Below are positions 27,561 through 40,820 of a DNA stretch of 64,000 nt, in pieces. Source of the stretch: the human T2T-CHM13v2.0 reference genome, Homo sapiens; assembly GCF_009914755.1 (NCBI RefSeq), contig NC_060936.1; one strand, written 5' to 3'. The notes beneath the pieces are model-generated. The model made no database searches. It saw only the letters and a list, made by a program, of their open reading frames with translations, and was not told the origin of the DNA. Every line of letters begins with the position of its first letter. Within the stretch, counting starts at the first letter, position 1. Both the position numbers and the translations under genes were made by a program.

Positions 27561-30500
27561 CGAATAACTGGGGAGGGCGGAGAATAAGAACCCCCACTTT
27601 CTTTGACAGAATTCGCAGGATCGTTCAGGCACTAGACAGTATTTTTTAAATAGGGGACTAATTTGCTGGGGTCTACAGAAATGTGAGATTTATTTTTTTC
27701 CTTTCCTGACTTATTTTAAAAATCTGGCCACGAATTTCCTGATTGTTGAGGGAACAGAAGATCCAAAATCTCTGGAGAGGGAGTGGAGAGGAGGCTAGAA
27801 TCCCTCCCCAGCATTGTAAAGTTTTCCTTGCCTCTTTGGTATATTGAGCTCAAACCTATAGACATTTCCACTGCCAACTCCCCCATATGTGGTCGAGAAA
27901 GAGAGTTAGTTATTGGTGCCCCAGACACAGAAAGAAGGGCGTGGGGATGAGAAATGGGAGAGGAAGACCTGTTCAAGACCTGTTCAGGGGCTTCTGGAGT
28001 CCAGACCCAGGCTGGGGACCCCTTGGTCTTGTCTGGCTAAGGATGGGAAGGGAGAATTCATTCCCCTCTTGTTCCGTCTCCAGTTGAAGAGAGAAAGGCT
28101 CCTGTAAATCCCACCGCTCTCCTTGCGGACAAGACCAGTCCCAGGTTTCCCAAAACCACACCAAGAGCTTTGGATCCTGCCTTGTGCTGAGAAATCAGGA
28201 TTCCGGTCTAGGGAGTCCAGCATTTGAGTCTGTTCTCCCTGTAAGCAGAGCTCAGTGGGAGAGCGTTCTCCCTTCTGATACCTACAGAGGTCTTTGGGGG
28301 TGGGGGGCCCAGGGCAGCCACAGATGTCTCCCGACAGTGCCCAGCTCCCCGACCAGCTCCACATGCCAAGCTCAGGGATGTTTTCCTTGGAAAGCATAGA
28401 CCCAAAGACCTCCTAAGGGTGGGCCTGAAATTCCTCTGCATACGGAATTGGAAGAAGAGGTAGGTGGTTTAAAAAAAAATACTGAGTGATATTAGAGAGT
28501 GTAGCAAATAACATTCTTGTGAATATTATGAAATTACTTAGTATAACACAACTCAATACCAGGGTATGACCTACACTAGGCACCCTGACTTCTGATTGCC
28601 AGAATTAAGGATGGTGCAATTTTAGTACATGGTATTATGCATCACCTACCCTGTATTGGCTGTAATATTTTTATATAATATGATTTCTTTTATTAACTAC
28701 CTAATATGAAATATACAATAATAGATTTCTAGAAAGACAATTCACATGTTCATAATACAGCAATGTATTTTAGAGAGATGGCCCTTTAATTCTCTATCTC
28801 ACCAAAACACAAAGCTTCTTAGGAGATTGGGGTCCAGCAGGAATTCCTGGGGCAGGGAAGCCAATGGGCTATGCCAAGGGGCTAAGGGGTAAGGGATCAG
28901 GTGCCCACCAAACCCACTGTGGATTGGGGGCACAGGCCCAGAGCAATGTGCAATGGGTTTAGTGTGAAGAGGTAGAAGAGAAGGAGCTGTTCTATGTATG
29001 AATGTAGTGTGGAGTAGGGGTGAAGGATTGGAGAGAAGCTGAGAAATATCTTTGAGCAAAATAAACATCTCAAAGATTCCTAGGACACAAAACAAAACAA
29101 AACAAAACAAAACTCCACTAAAAATAAATACTTTTTTGATCACAGCCTCCTAGAGAAAAATATCTTTGAAATAAAAAAAGTATATCCCAATTGAGATTTA
29201 ATACACTTGCAAATTATGGCATGGAAATGGATATAAAACCTAGCATGCCTCAGCAGCTATGTGCTGCCACAATCCCCGTGTGGAAATAGAATTGGGCTGA
29301 TGTATCTCAGTGAGTGCAGAGGTACAGACAAGAGGCAGACGAATAAGAAATTATCTTCAGACACTCTCCATCTTTCTACCCACTCAGAGATCTTTTAGAA
29401 GTAGTGAGATTTCAAGATAACTCTGTCTGTGCAATTGTGGTTTGTTCGGCAACATGTAGGCATAAACACTGCTGTCTCTCTACAGTGCCTCTGGCTCTGA
29501 GAATCCTCATCTGTGGTAGTCTGGGCTGGTGTGGGAGATGGAGGCAATTGTTCAGCAAGATCCAGATAATTAGGGCCAAGATGTGTCGTGGCTTCTTCCT
29601 TCTCCCAATTATACAGACTCTTGCTTTATTGCTCTGGTTTTTTTTTTTTCTCCCTACGGTGAGTGTAGACTTTTTTTTTTTTTTTTTTTTTTTGAGAGAG
29701 AGAGAGAAGCAGAAATTCCAGGAGAGAATCAGAAAGGGAGAAAAAGAGAGATGGGGTTTAGGAGAGAGAAAGAGGGAGAAAGAAACAGTGGGCTATTTGG
29801 ACCACACTAGAAGTCTTTACTGACAAGCCTTTGGATTTGGGTTGGGAAGAGTAGCAAGCTGGATTTCTAGCTGGACAAGGCACTCTTCAGAGCCCAGAGC
29901 TTGCCTGTGGGGGGGCGGGTGGTCAAGGGTGGGTGGGCTGTGGGGAGCTGAACAGAGGGGCCCCGAAGCCCAAAAAGAAAGCCATGGCTGAGCATTGAGA
30001 TGATTTTTATTTACTCCTCAAAGGTGTCTATTAGGTTTCCAGGCATGAAGTCATTCGTGTATGTGATCTGGAGGGAGACTAGGGAAGGGGTGATTGTAAG
30101 ATTAATAACTAAGCCCCCACTCACTTTAGGCAGTGTACGCACATCTCCAGGTCCAAGCTACCAGATGTTTCTTCATCTCTACATACCATTTCCTTTCCAG
30201 ATAAGGCAGCAGACAAAGAAAGGGGGCTTCTTTGAGAAGGCAAGACTGGAGTTATTTCCCCAGGAGGCCAAACCAACCTGCAGTTGGTCTGATCCAGGAC
30301 AAATTGGCTAAATCAATCCTTGGCATCCTATAGAGAAAAATAACCAGTTTAAACCAGTTGTCTACTTTTTAAACTGATTTTTTTTAGGGTTGATTAAATC
30401 TCATTGGAAATTTAGAGCTAGAATTTAGGAAACCAAAATTGGATAGGTAATTGTGAGAGTTTAAAGAGAGTAAAGTAAAAAATTAGGGACAATTATCTGG

Positions 30501-30619
30501 CTAATTCAGAAACAAAAACCCACCTTTACCCTACTGTATTCTTCTCCAGGGAAAAGGAAGTGTTTTAAAGCTGGATTGTATTAGCTGGCCTATTTCCATT
30601 TTAAAACTTACTGTATCAT

Positions 30620-30754
30620 TTTAAGAGTCAGAAAGTCTGGCTTTAAAATCTGGTTCTGCCACTTAAGTTATTTTACCCACTCTGAGCCTCAGATTCCTGA
30701 TCTTGTAAAATGAGTTTAACAAAATAATCCTGAAAAAATGTTCTGAGGATTAAA
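30620..30754 (+). mobile_element. MIR fragment in the HOXC13 intron
   Basis: GAGTCAGAAAGTCTGG...TCTGCCACTTA...CTCTGAGCCTCAG...TGTAAAATGAG...TGAGGATTAAA. Confidence 0.7.
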
Positions 30755-32503
30755 AACAACAATAACAACAACAAAAGCAACAAACTCATGGTATCACTAC
30801 GTATCCTCTTCATTCTATTCTTGTCAACAAATCGTCAATTTCCCAAATCATGGTTACCTCTGTAAGAGTAAAACAAATTTGAGAACTGAGAGATTTAAAG
30901 ATAATGGTCGTGTTCAAAAACAAATCCTTTTTAACCTAAAGGATCCATACTGTTTAAATAAAGTTATTTTGTTTTTTAGATTTTTTTAAATCATAGTTTA
31001 TTCTCACAGAGGCAGAGAAAAATGCCAGGTCCAACAGTTTTCCTGAGAAATTGTCACCAGAAGACAGTCAAATGAGGCCATTGGACCCCCTGTCTCCCAT
31101 TTTCTTCCTGAGCATTTTGTTTTCCCCTGTGTCTCACTGTGACCACTACTCTTCCCATTGTGTATAGAGTCCATGAGAGAAAGCAGACCCAATGGGGATG
31201 GGTACAGGGAAAGTGTTCTGTGAGGGTGGGATGGGAACAAACATTTAAGAAAGAACTTTGTGTCTTCCCTCTGGGCTGTGTCTATAGTTTCAAAATGTGG
31301 TAGGAATGAAGGGGAAACCCCAAATATTCAGCCCTCCTCATTAGCTTTCACCTAAAGTCTAATAATTACATGGAAAAAATTGAGGGCTGAGCTATCCAGA
31401 TAATCTCCCTAGTTCCCCCACTTCCCCTTGAAAGTGTTGCGTGACCTTTATTGACAGGGATGAGGGTGGAGTAGAAAATGGAGTTAGAAGTGATATATAT
31501 TGGTTTTAGTTTCTGTGAAATTCTCAGAGCCTAAAGAAACAGAACTGGTAATATTGGTTTGGATGACAGGCATCTAGGGTTTAGGGTTATGGTTGGTGCA
31601 AGGGATGTAGACAGTTTCCTTCAGCTGTGAAGGAATGGAGAGGGAAGGCGGTTGGAACAGAATTTGTTCTGTTTTGGTGGGACTGCAGTGTGGACCCCCT
31701 ACTTCCAGAGACACCTGATTCCCTATATCTCAGGTTCAGGACCCCCCACCTTGGGTGTTAGGTGGTTCATAACATTGGACCCCAATTCCTAGAGTGTGGA
31801 CCTCCAAGCAGGCTGGCTTCACCTGGACACTTATCTTCTATCTGTGCCTCACATCCCTAACGTAGGGCCAGTGTCCAAAGGCGTGAAGACTCATCTGGTG
31901 GTCTGGGCCCACTGAAGCTGACCCCCTGCCTGCCATGCCCTCCCTGAAATATACAACAGAATGTCTTCCTCTGGCAACGGGGCAGAATATAAACTAATAA
32001 GGACCCAAGCGATCTAACTGCAGGAAGGAGGGATTTTTCTGAATATCTGAAATTCTGCAAGCATGGCAGGCCAGGCTGGAATTTGGAGGGTCCCTTCTAA
32101 ATATACAAGGATCCTAATATTGAGTGCTGTGAAGAGCCATATTGGGGCCTGAAACAAAAGAAAATCAGTAATACCGAACCCATGTTTATTTTTTTAATTG
32201 ATATTTTGTTCATCATGGATGTTTTTGTATTCGTTTTGCTTTTTTAAACATTGCATTAAAATATCGTCTTGATTACTGAGTTTTTGGCGCCCCCTCCCTT
32301 AAACTTCGAGCCCAGTGGCCTCATCATAGTTGTGGTCTTGCTAAAATAACAGAAATGAAAAGCATTAGGGAGCTTCACTATGCAGTGCAATCCTCTGGCC
32401 CCGTTGAGCCCCTGCCAGAACTCTGTGCCTAGGCAGCCTCGGGTCCTCTATCTCAGTCCAGCCGCTTGCCTCACTTCTTCCCGCTTGCCTTATCTCCCCG
32501 CAG

Positions 32504-32760
32504 ACGTGGTTCCCCTGCAGCCCGAGGTGAGCAGCTACCGGCGCGGGCGCAAGAAACGCGTGCCCTACACTAAGGTGCAGCTGAAGGAGCTAGAGAAGGA
32601 ATACGCGGCTAGCAAGTTCATCACCAAAGAGAAGCGCCGGCGCATCTCCGCCACCACGAACCTCTCTGAGCGCCAGGTAACCATCTGGTTCCAGAACCGG
32701 CGGGTCAAAGAGAAGAAGGTGGTCAGCAAATCGAAAGCGCCTCATCTCCACTCCACCTGA
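32504..32760 (+). CDS. HOXC13: Homeobox C13, coding exon 2 (homeodomain)
   Basis: Pyrimidine tract plus CAG at 32501-32503. Encodes [20 protein letters not shown]...[15 protein letters not shown], stop TGA 32758-32760. 736+257=993 nt = 330 aa. Confidence 0.98.
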
Positions 32761-34023
32761 CCACCCACCCGATGCTTGCCCCATCTATTTATGTCTCCGC
32801 TTTGTACCATAACCGAACCCACGGAAAGACGCTGCGCGGGTGCAGAAGAGTATTTAATGTTAAGGAAAGAGAAGAACCGCGCCGCCCGGAGGCAGAGAGG
32901 CTCCATGGCCGTGCTGCTGGGCCATCCCCAACTCCCTATCCCATCCCCAGCCTCCACCCCCATCCAGATGGGACTCACGTGGCTTCAACAGCTTTGGAAA
33001 TGGGTCCCGAGTGGGCCGTGCGAGGAAGGCTGTCGACCTCTACTCCTCCTTGCGCTCACCTTGCCAGAAAGTCTGGTGGCAGCGCAGAGCCCAATCATTC
33101 CAACCAAAGCAGGGTTGGGGAATCCCGAATGGCCCCAATTCTTGCCTCATCCTATGACCAGGCTTTTAGAGGACCTTCCCTAAGGGCGCAGCTTCGGAGC
33201 AGGATCTGTCCAGCTCATACTTTCCTTCGCTGTCCCTCCCGCACTCCTTAGGCAAGATTTCCCAGTAAAGATTTTCTGTGCGTATTTTAAAAGTCGTGTT
33301 AATACTCATGATAATTATTAGGGACCTGGCAGCGTGATTGGAGTATGGATGTTTCCGTAAAAGCTGGAATTCCGTAAAAGCATTGACGCAGCCCCTACAC
33401 TCCATCCCAACCAAGAAACTGCATTTCCTGGGGCCAGGTGGGAGCTGCCTTTGCCCCACTGCCTCCCCTGTTCTGCTCTCTCAGTCAACATGTGGAAATC
33501 CAAGGAGGACAAAGACTCCAGCCACGCTGCTAAATAGGGCTCCTCTCTCCTCTCTCTCTCTCTAGGTGGTAAGGTTGGGGATTAGTCCAGGTACAGAAGC
33601 AGAACTTTTTTCTAAGGATAAACATCTCTTCCAAGGGGATGGAGAGTGGGTCCCTCAACAAAGTCCCTGTCCAGTCACCTTTCCATCAGGGCACTAGCCC
33701 AGGAATGACTCCTCACACTTTCACCTTTACTGATTTCCAGAGGAAAGCTAGAGGATCTAGTTCAAGAGGCAAGAAGATCTGGCCCTCAATTAGCTAAATG
33801 TAGATGCTGCCTAACAGTTCCCTCCTCAAAGGCCACCTTGGTGCTGTGGGGGCCCCTTGCCTCTTCCCTTCCCACTGGTGCATTACAAAACAGTGTTCTT
33901 TTGAAATGTTCATCAGGAATAGGCTTTTTTAAAAAATGTTGTGTATCTGTATATAGTATTGTGATGTCTGAATGACAATGTACTGAATGCAAAAAGGAAA
34001 AAAACCCACAAACATGTTTTTAA

Positions 34024-34029
34024 AATAAA
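34024..34029 (+). terminator. HOXC13 polyadenylation signal AATAAA
   Basis: AATAAA followed by a T/GT-rich tract about 1.27 kb after the stop codon. Confidence 0.75.
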
Positions 34030-35044
34030 ATATCTTTTTTTGCCTTGATTTTATTGCTCAGATTCTTTCTGAAGTCTATTCTGTCCACTGGCTCTTCAGG
34101 ACGGTCTACTATGCCCTGACTCAGCCAGAATGATCAGGGGGAGGAGTATAGACATTGCTCCCAGCTGGGTAGATTCCAAACCCTTGTTTTGCTCCACTTA
34201 AGTTTTTGGGTTATCTATACTATCTATATAGGAGAAAACTTTCCATCCTGATGTCCAACTCAGATGAGTGTTTGTTGAGGAAGGAAAGACGTAATTGGTG
34301 ACTGAAAGGCCTGGAGGCAGTGACAAAAATACATTGATGGTCACTTCGGTTAATAATTGGGGCTCAGATCTGGTTCTGGGTACTGAGAAAGTAGCATCCC
34401 AGCTGGGAACTGGATGAGGTAAATGCGGCAGCCGGTGGCAGTGAGGAATTAACCTTAGGCTCCTGGTGCTCTATTGCCCCAGAGGGCCCCGAATACCTTC
34501 AGCCAGTTCAGGACTGGAGTTGGGGCTGGGATGGGGTCAGCACAGCCTGCCAGGGGCAGCTTGAAGCTCAGCTTTTCCTGGCTGCACTTTTTTCTTCCCC
34601 CCACTTAACCTATGTAGAGAGGCTGAGCTGCTAGGACCCCTTTGGCCCCCAGTTTGCCAAACCAATCCCACTTTTACTCTCTGTATTCCTGGGAACCCCA
34701 GTCTTCTAGGCAATGAGGAGCCTATGTAGATGCTGCCACTAATTTGTTTTCCTGGTCGCATCAGTGCCTATCTCCCTATCTGGCAGAGTTAATGAGATCA
34801 TTAAGTTGTCAGGTTAAGAGACTTTTTAAAAGCAATATAGCCTAAAACAATGTTATCTCAGATTAAATCTTTACTGCAGCAATTTTTATTTATATATAAT
34901 ATTTTTCCTCTCCTGAGACACAGAAACACTGGAGATGTCAGGTTGGAAATCAGAGTTCTCTGTTATCCCTTTGCCTGGTGGGGCTGAAGATTTAATAATT
35001 TCATTTAAATAAATTTTCCTGGGGAATAAACATATGCACATTTT

Positions 35045-35060
35045 GCGCACGCGCGCGCTT

Positions 35061-35098
<38 letters not shown>
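35045..35098. repeat. (CG)n/(CA)n compound microsatellite
   Basis: GCGCACGCGCGCGC, TT, then G(CA)~18. Confidence 0.95.
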
Positions 35099-35101
<3 letters not shown>

Positions 35102-35644
35102 GTCTGAGAGAAAAAGAACCTGAAGAATTTGCCCTCTGTGGAGGCTCTGCTACTGACGTGGCTGCCAGTGTTGTTCTTCTGGGTCTCAACTCTGGGTTAA
35201 CTACTAGAGAGCCACACGCTGTGCAGTGGAGATTTGAGGGAGAATAGGTGAATTTCCAGGAATAAGGTTAATTCTTAATTCCATCTGTCCTTTTTCTCCC
35301 CACCCACCATCCCAACCTCTCTCCCAAAATCCCTGGGTTTCCCCTGAGATGAAAGGAGTTGGAGACTGAGTGTGTGTGTTTGGTCAGAAAAAGAAACTAA
35401 GTGGACAAGAGGCCTGGGGCTCTGTTACTATGACCCCACCCTTCCTGACTGCTTTGGGTAGTCCCAAGCACAGCTGTAGGCAAACTGGAAATTGGGGACT
35501 CTGATTAAAGAGAAGTCTAGAGTTCTCAGAGGAATCCCTCTGCTTCTGCACACAAACCCATATATAATCATATGAGGTAGTCATCCCATATTGAGGGAAC
35601 CACCCCTAAGGCTCTAGAAGGGAATAATGAAAAAAAAGAAGAGG

Positions 35645-35945
35645 AGCCAGGGGCGATGGCTCACGCCTGTAATCCCAACACTTTGGGAGGCTGAGGCGGG
35701 TGGATAGCTTGAGCTCAGGAATTCCAGACCAGCCTGGACAACATGGTGAAACCCAGTCTCTACCAAAAATAGAAAAACTTAACCTGGCATGGTGGTGCAT
35801 GTCTGTGGAGGCTGAGGTGGGAGGATCTCTTGAACCCCGGTCGGGGGCAGGGGGGTGGAGGTTGCAGTGAGCTGAGATCTCACCATTGTATTCCAGCCTG
35901 AGTGACAGACCGAGACTCTGTCTCAAAAAAAAAAAAAAAAAAGAA
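35645..35945 (+). mobile_element. AluJ-like element between HOXC13 and HOXC12
   Basis: GGCTCACGCCTGTAATCCCAACACTTTGGGAGGCTGAGG...GAGACTCTGTCTC plus poly-A and a GAA/GGA tail; small deletion in the right arm. Confidence 0.93.
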
Positions 35946-37249
35946 GAAGAAAGAGGAGGAGGAGGTGAAGAAGAAGAAAAAGGAAAGCCTGTGCAGGCTC
36001 ACTACTGGTGCATTGGGACACTGGTAAGCCTAACAAGGACCTCAGTTCCTGAGTGCCTGTGAGCCCTCGTGCAGTGCATTAAATATACCCAGATTTATTT
36101 TGGAGGAGTATCATGCCTGGACTTATTTGGATATGACTTTACCATAAGAGTAAGCAAACACTGTGTGAGTGTGTGTGAGCATGTGTTTCGGGGAGGCACA
36201 TTTGTGAAATATATTATTCTTTCCCTGAATAAGGATTTCTTCTTTAACACAACTCTGGTTGTGTTGATTTCTTACCTTTCCTTCTCCCAAGAATTGGCAT
36301 TGTCTTTGGGGACTCTATGAGATAGTTCATCTCTTAGTCATGTCTCTAATATGTCTTTCTCTCCAAGGCCAGCCTCCTAGTGTTTGTGTTACAAGTAAGA
36401 CTAAGTGTGAAGGCAAATATGAGGATACCGGGGGTACAGGGTGATCTGAATTGCTGGTGAAACCTCTGTGAGGAAACGCAGACACACAGAGGGACTGAGA
36501 CTCCTGCTATCTTTCTCATAATCTGATGGCACTCCCCACTTCCCCTATCTCCCTAGGCCAGAGCTGGGAGGCCCAGGCAGCCAAGGGCCTCACAGGACTC
36601 TCCATCTAGTGGTCACTCTCCGGGGCTGCCAGAGAGGGCTTCAAGAGATTCTTTGCTGAGCTTGGGGGAAAAACCCTTCCCCACCCACATCTTAGTCTCC
36701 AGACAGAGGCCCAGCAGAATGGGCCTTTCAGCCAGCAGTCCCACAGCCGGAACCCAACTGAGAGAACAAGGGCAGCAGTTCTTTCCGCAGATCCCTCCAT
36801 GACTGTCTGCTCCAGAGACCATCTGCTCCTGGGGTTGATCCACAGGCGGCTGGGTGAGCAATGTGGGGACAGTAGGCCAGTGTGGGTGCAAGGCAGGGGC
36901 AGGCCCCTGGGGCAGCCGCTATCTCTCTGAACAGCCCTCCTATTGGAGGTGGGGTCCATGCGGCAGGCAGCCCCTTCAGTGGCTCCATCTGTTCAAAAGA
37001 GAACTCCCCACCCTAGGATCTGCTGGGATCTGTGTTGGGTGGTATTGGAGCCCACCCCCAAGAAAACTCCAAGAGTGGTTCAGGCAGATGTATATCTAGA
37101 CCTGCACTGGTGGAGAATTGAGGGGCCCTGGGGAGCTAGGGACTTCTGGGAGGAGGAGGAGGGGGCCAGAGCCTTTTCACAACCAACCAGGCTCTTCCTC
37201 TTTTAGCCTTGACCGTGACTAGGTCTTTCTGACCTTGACATCACAGGGA

Positions 37250-40200
37250 GCACAGGGAAGGGGGGGGAGGGGTGGAAAAGGCCTTGATCTTCCGGTGGCC
37301 AGCGAAGGGGAGGGCTGCTTGCCCCCTTGACGCGCCATCCCCCTTCCCGCAGGAGCCCGCCGCCTCTGTTTACACACAGAGGAGGTGTCGTCTCCAGTCT
37401 AGACAAGGGCGCTAATAACGCCCATAAAAGGCGGCCTCTCCAGAGATGCTCTGGCAACTCCGCTCCCGCGCGCCTGCCGCTGGCCGCTTTCTCCACCTCC
37501 CCCCGCCCCGCCCTTCTCTGATACCTTGGCGAGGCCGGCGCACGGGCCTGGGGACGGGGAATCCAGAAGGCTTCTAGAGGCTGAGAATTCCTATCCCTCA
37601 CCCTTATGAACCTCTTCTGTCTCCAAAGGTAAGTGGACCCTTGTTCCTGTCCGCGCTCTCCCAGCCTAGCGAGCCCCGGGGTTGGTAGTCCATTCCCCAC
37701 CCCCACCTGCCTCCTGGTGGGGCCCATTGCTCCCACCCCAATCTGCCCAAGCCCCTTCCTCTGCCCGGAACTGGGGCCCCAGGTTTGGAAAGCAGTTGTG
37801 TAGCGGTGCTCAGCAGACCCTAAGCAGATCTCAGCTCCTCCCCAGAGCTGGGCCGGGCCAGTGGACAGGGTCAAAGCCAGAAAAGGAGGCCGAGGGGTGA
37901 GGGCACACCGGGTAGTCCTCACCCCCACCCAGCTTAGAGGTCGGTGGAGACGATTCACTGTTGCATTGCAGGCGGCTATGGGTGTGGCATTTGATGTGAT
38001 TTTTTTTTTTAACTTGGTTCCCACACCTTCCCTGACACTCAGTAATTCACTAGGTGGAGGAGATCCTCTGCTGGTGGAGGGGGAAAATGTCAGAGCTGCG
38101 GCCCTATTTAACTGTTAGCGCGCCACCGAAGGAAACACAAAACGGGGGAAGGTGGTCCATTTAGGGATGCTCAGGTTGGGGTGGAGAGATGGCCTCCCAG
38201 ATGTCCTTGCCTGGGGGCTCTCACTTCCCCCGCATTTTCTGAGAGGCAATCGGGCTGGAATCTTTTGGTGACAGAGGACTAGAGAAGCCGCGGGAGAACT
38301 GGAGAAGGTAGGGGCTCCGTTGGCCCCAGGCTACTTGCCTGAGCCTAAAAGCCTTACTGGGCTCCGTCACTGAGCGTTCCTACAAGCCTCCCTCCTCCAG
38401 GCTGCAAATCCCTAGAAAGCAGCACCTGGGGAAGGGATTTCCCAATCTGCTCTTTACCTCCCGGGCACCGGCAGGGAGGGCTGGGAGCCAGGTGGGCCCC
38501 AACCCCTGAAGGAGCCTGGAAGCCATGAAATAGGAGACTGAGCTCCCTACTCTACCCCCCAGCCTTGTTTGAACCCGACAAAAGTCAGGTCCCAAGCCTA
38601 AGTTGCCCCGAAGGGGCAAGGCAGACAGGGCTGCAGGGTTGGGCGGGGGGCAGGGAAGGGGGCAGGCCCTCCCACTCAGCCCCCTTCTCATCTTCCCTTC
38701 TCTCCGCCGGCCAAATCCCTGCTCACACCCCTGCTGGTGCTGAGTCCCGGCCTAATTTGCATACGAGGCAGAACCGCTTTCTGCAAACTAGACAGTGACC
38801 TTGAACTGGGCCGCTGCGGCCTCTGGACAGACCAGGGGTAAGGCAGCACTGCGCGGAATCACTCCCGACCACGGGTCGGCGGGGGAGCCAAAACGCAGTC
38901 ACTCACAGCCGATTCCCCGCGGTCTAAGCCGCCAGCAGCCACGTTGCCTCTCCCACCAGAATCAGCGTAGATTTTATAATTAACTCCTTTCGCTGGGCTC
39001 AGCCGCAGTGGAGGCTGCTAGGATGCAGGAGGGATGGAGGCACAGAGAAGGTGTGAGAGAGGCGGCGGGGCATCCAGCTGGAGGACGAGCTGAGGGACAC
39101 AGGCTGCCTTGGTCTTCAAGGAAAGCCTTGGACCACATCCTTGCTTTCAGCTTTAATTAACCCCGAGTTAATGAGCGAGGCTTAGTAGAGCCTGGCCAGC
39201 TGCGGCGGGAGCCAGTGGCCCAGGGGCCAGCAGGCAGGCCACCGCTCTAGCCTTGTGATCTGATAAATGTACGGGAGAGTTCGCACCAATCGCTCCACGG
39301 TTTGGGTGCCTCGGCCTGACCACCTATAGTTTTGCGCATGGTCAGCGAAGTGCCGGCGGGTTAAGCCCGGCTAGACACGGCTGCCCCGACTCCTTGGGAT
39401 GCGAGTCCCTCGCCCAGCCCCAGCCTGCTCCCGGCGAACAGCTCTCGCCGAGGCTGGATTTAGATTTTAAGCGTCTCACCCGAGCCTCCCGCCGGCCCCG
39501 GGGACCCAGACTGGGAGCTGCATTTTTGTCCGAGCCCGGTTAAAAAACGGGTGCCTGAGTTGCGTGTGTCGCGGGGTTCCTTAACCACAAACGGAGCCTC
39601 GGTGGTGCACCGGAAGGCTGGACGCTTAGATTACCTGGGTCCTTGCCAGAGTCCTGAAAACCCCTAGGTTCCCGGTGGGTCTCAGGGAGCAGGACACCGG
39701 GGATGCGAATTTTGCTAGTGGTTGTCGACAGCTCTCCCTGAGAGGAATCAGGGTCAGCTGCAAAGAAGAAAGAGGGGTTTGTGCGTGCTTCTTTGCCCGC
39801 CGAATCCAAAACCTGGGGAAAACGGCCCTCTTTGATGAGGCTAAATCAGGCTAGAAGAAATGCGTGCCTGGAAGAAGGACGCCTTCACCCAATCTTCATT
39901 TCTCCTGCGTTGCATCCGCCGCCCTGTGGCCGCTGCTCCTCACGCTCAGCGGCCTGGCCTGGGAGGGCAGCGAGCAGAGCTCCCGGCCTGGGAGTTGCCT
40001 GCTGGGGTGGAGGGAATGGGGAGAGGCTGAGACCTTCCTCTTGGGGTCCCTCTTCTAGGAGATTGGAATTATCTGGGAAGGGAAAAGAGAATGAGGAGAA
40101 TACTCCACCCCTCAAAGGCTAGTGATTATTTGGCAAAGCCCAGCTCGGCATCCCTCACACCAACAATAGCGGCTGAGCGCAGAGGCCTGGAGAGCCTGGG

Positions 40201-40820
40201 CGGAGACCTAGCTGCCCGCACGATGTTCTGATTGAAATCAACAGCAATATTAATGTCACACCCTGTTTATCTTTATGACCAAATTAACCCTCAAATAAAA
40301 TGTTTTTTAAAAACTAAAATTTCAATGGCGCTCATCAATGTATCTTGAGAAGGGGAAATAAGATGTTACAGATGCTGTGACCTGGAATTTGCAGCTGAGA
40401 GATGCTCCTCTCCGTAGCCTCCCAGCCCCTTATCAGTTAGGCACAAAAAGGCCAATCCAGGCTGAGTCTCCTGCTCATTCCTTGGCGCCACCGGCTCTAA
40501 CTGAAGGTGGCGGCTTCGGGTTTGCAGCCCATGGCTTGCCCTAAGTTCCGACAAGTGCGCCTAACGCGGGGCCGGCCCCTGGGGGCGGGAGGGGCTGGAC
40601 CAGGCCGGGCAGCTAGGCAAGCAGGGGCGGGGAAGGGGAACCGGCCAAGCAGGGCAAGGGACAGGCACCGAGCTGCGAGCTTCGAACTGCTCCGGGCAGG
40701 GCGGCGCCCGCGGGGACACATTTCTGTCGGAGTGAGCAGCTACGGTTTGGGATATGAAATCGCCCGGGGAGCGGTGGAATTCAAAGAATCTGCGTTTCTC
40801 TCTGCCGCGTCCTGCAGAGG
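37250..40820. promoter_or_regulatory. Intergenic CpG-island complex between HOXC13 and HOXC12
   Basis: Several CpG-dense blocks (37.3-37.7, 38.7-40.0 and 40.5-40.8 kb) interleaved with AT-rich blocks carrying homeodomain-type motifs. Confidence 0.65.
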
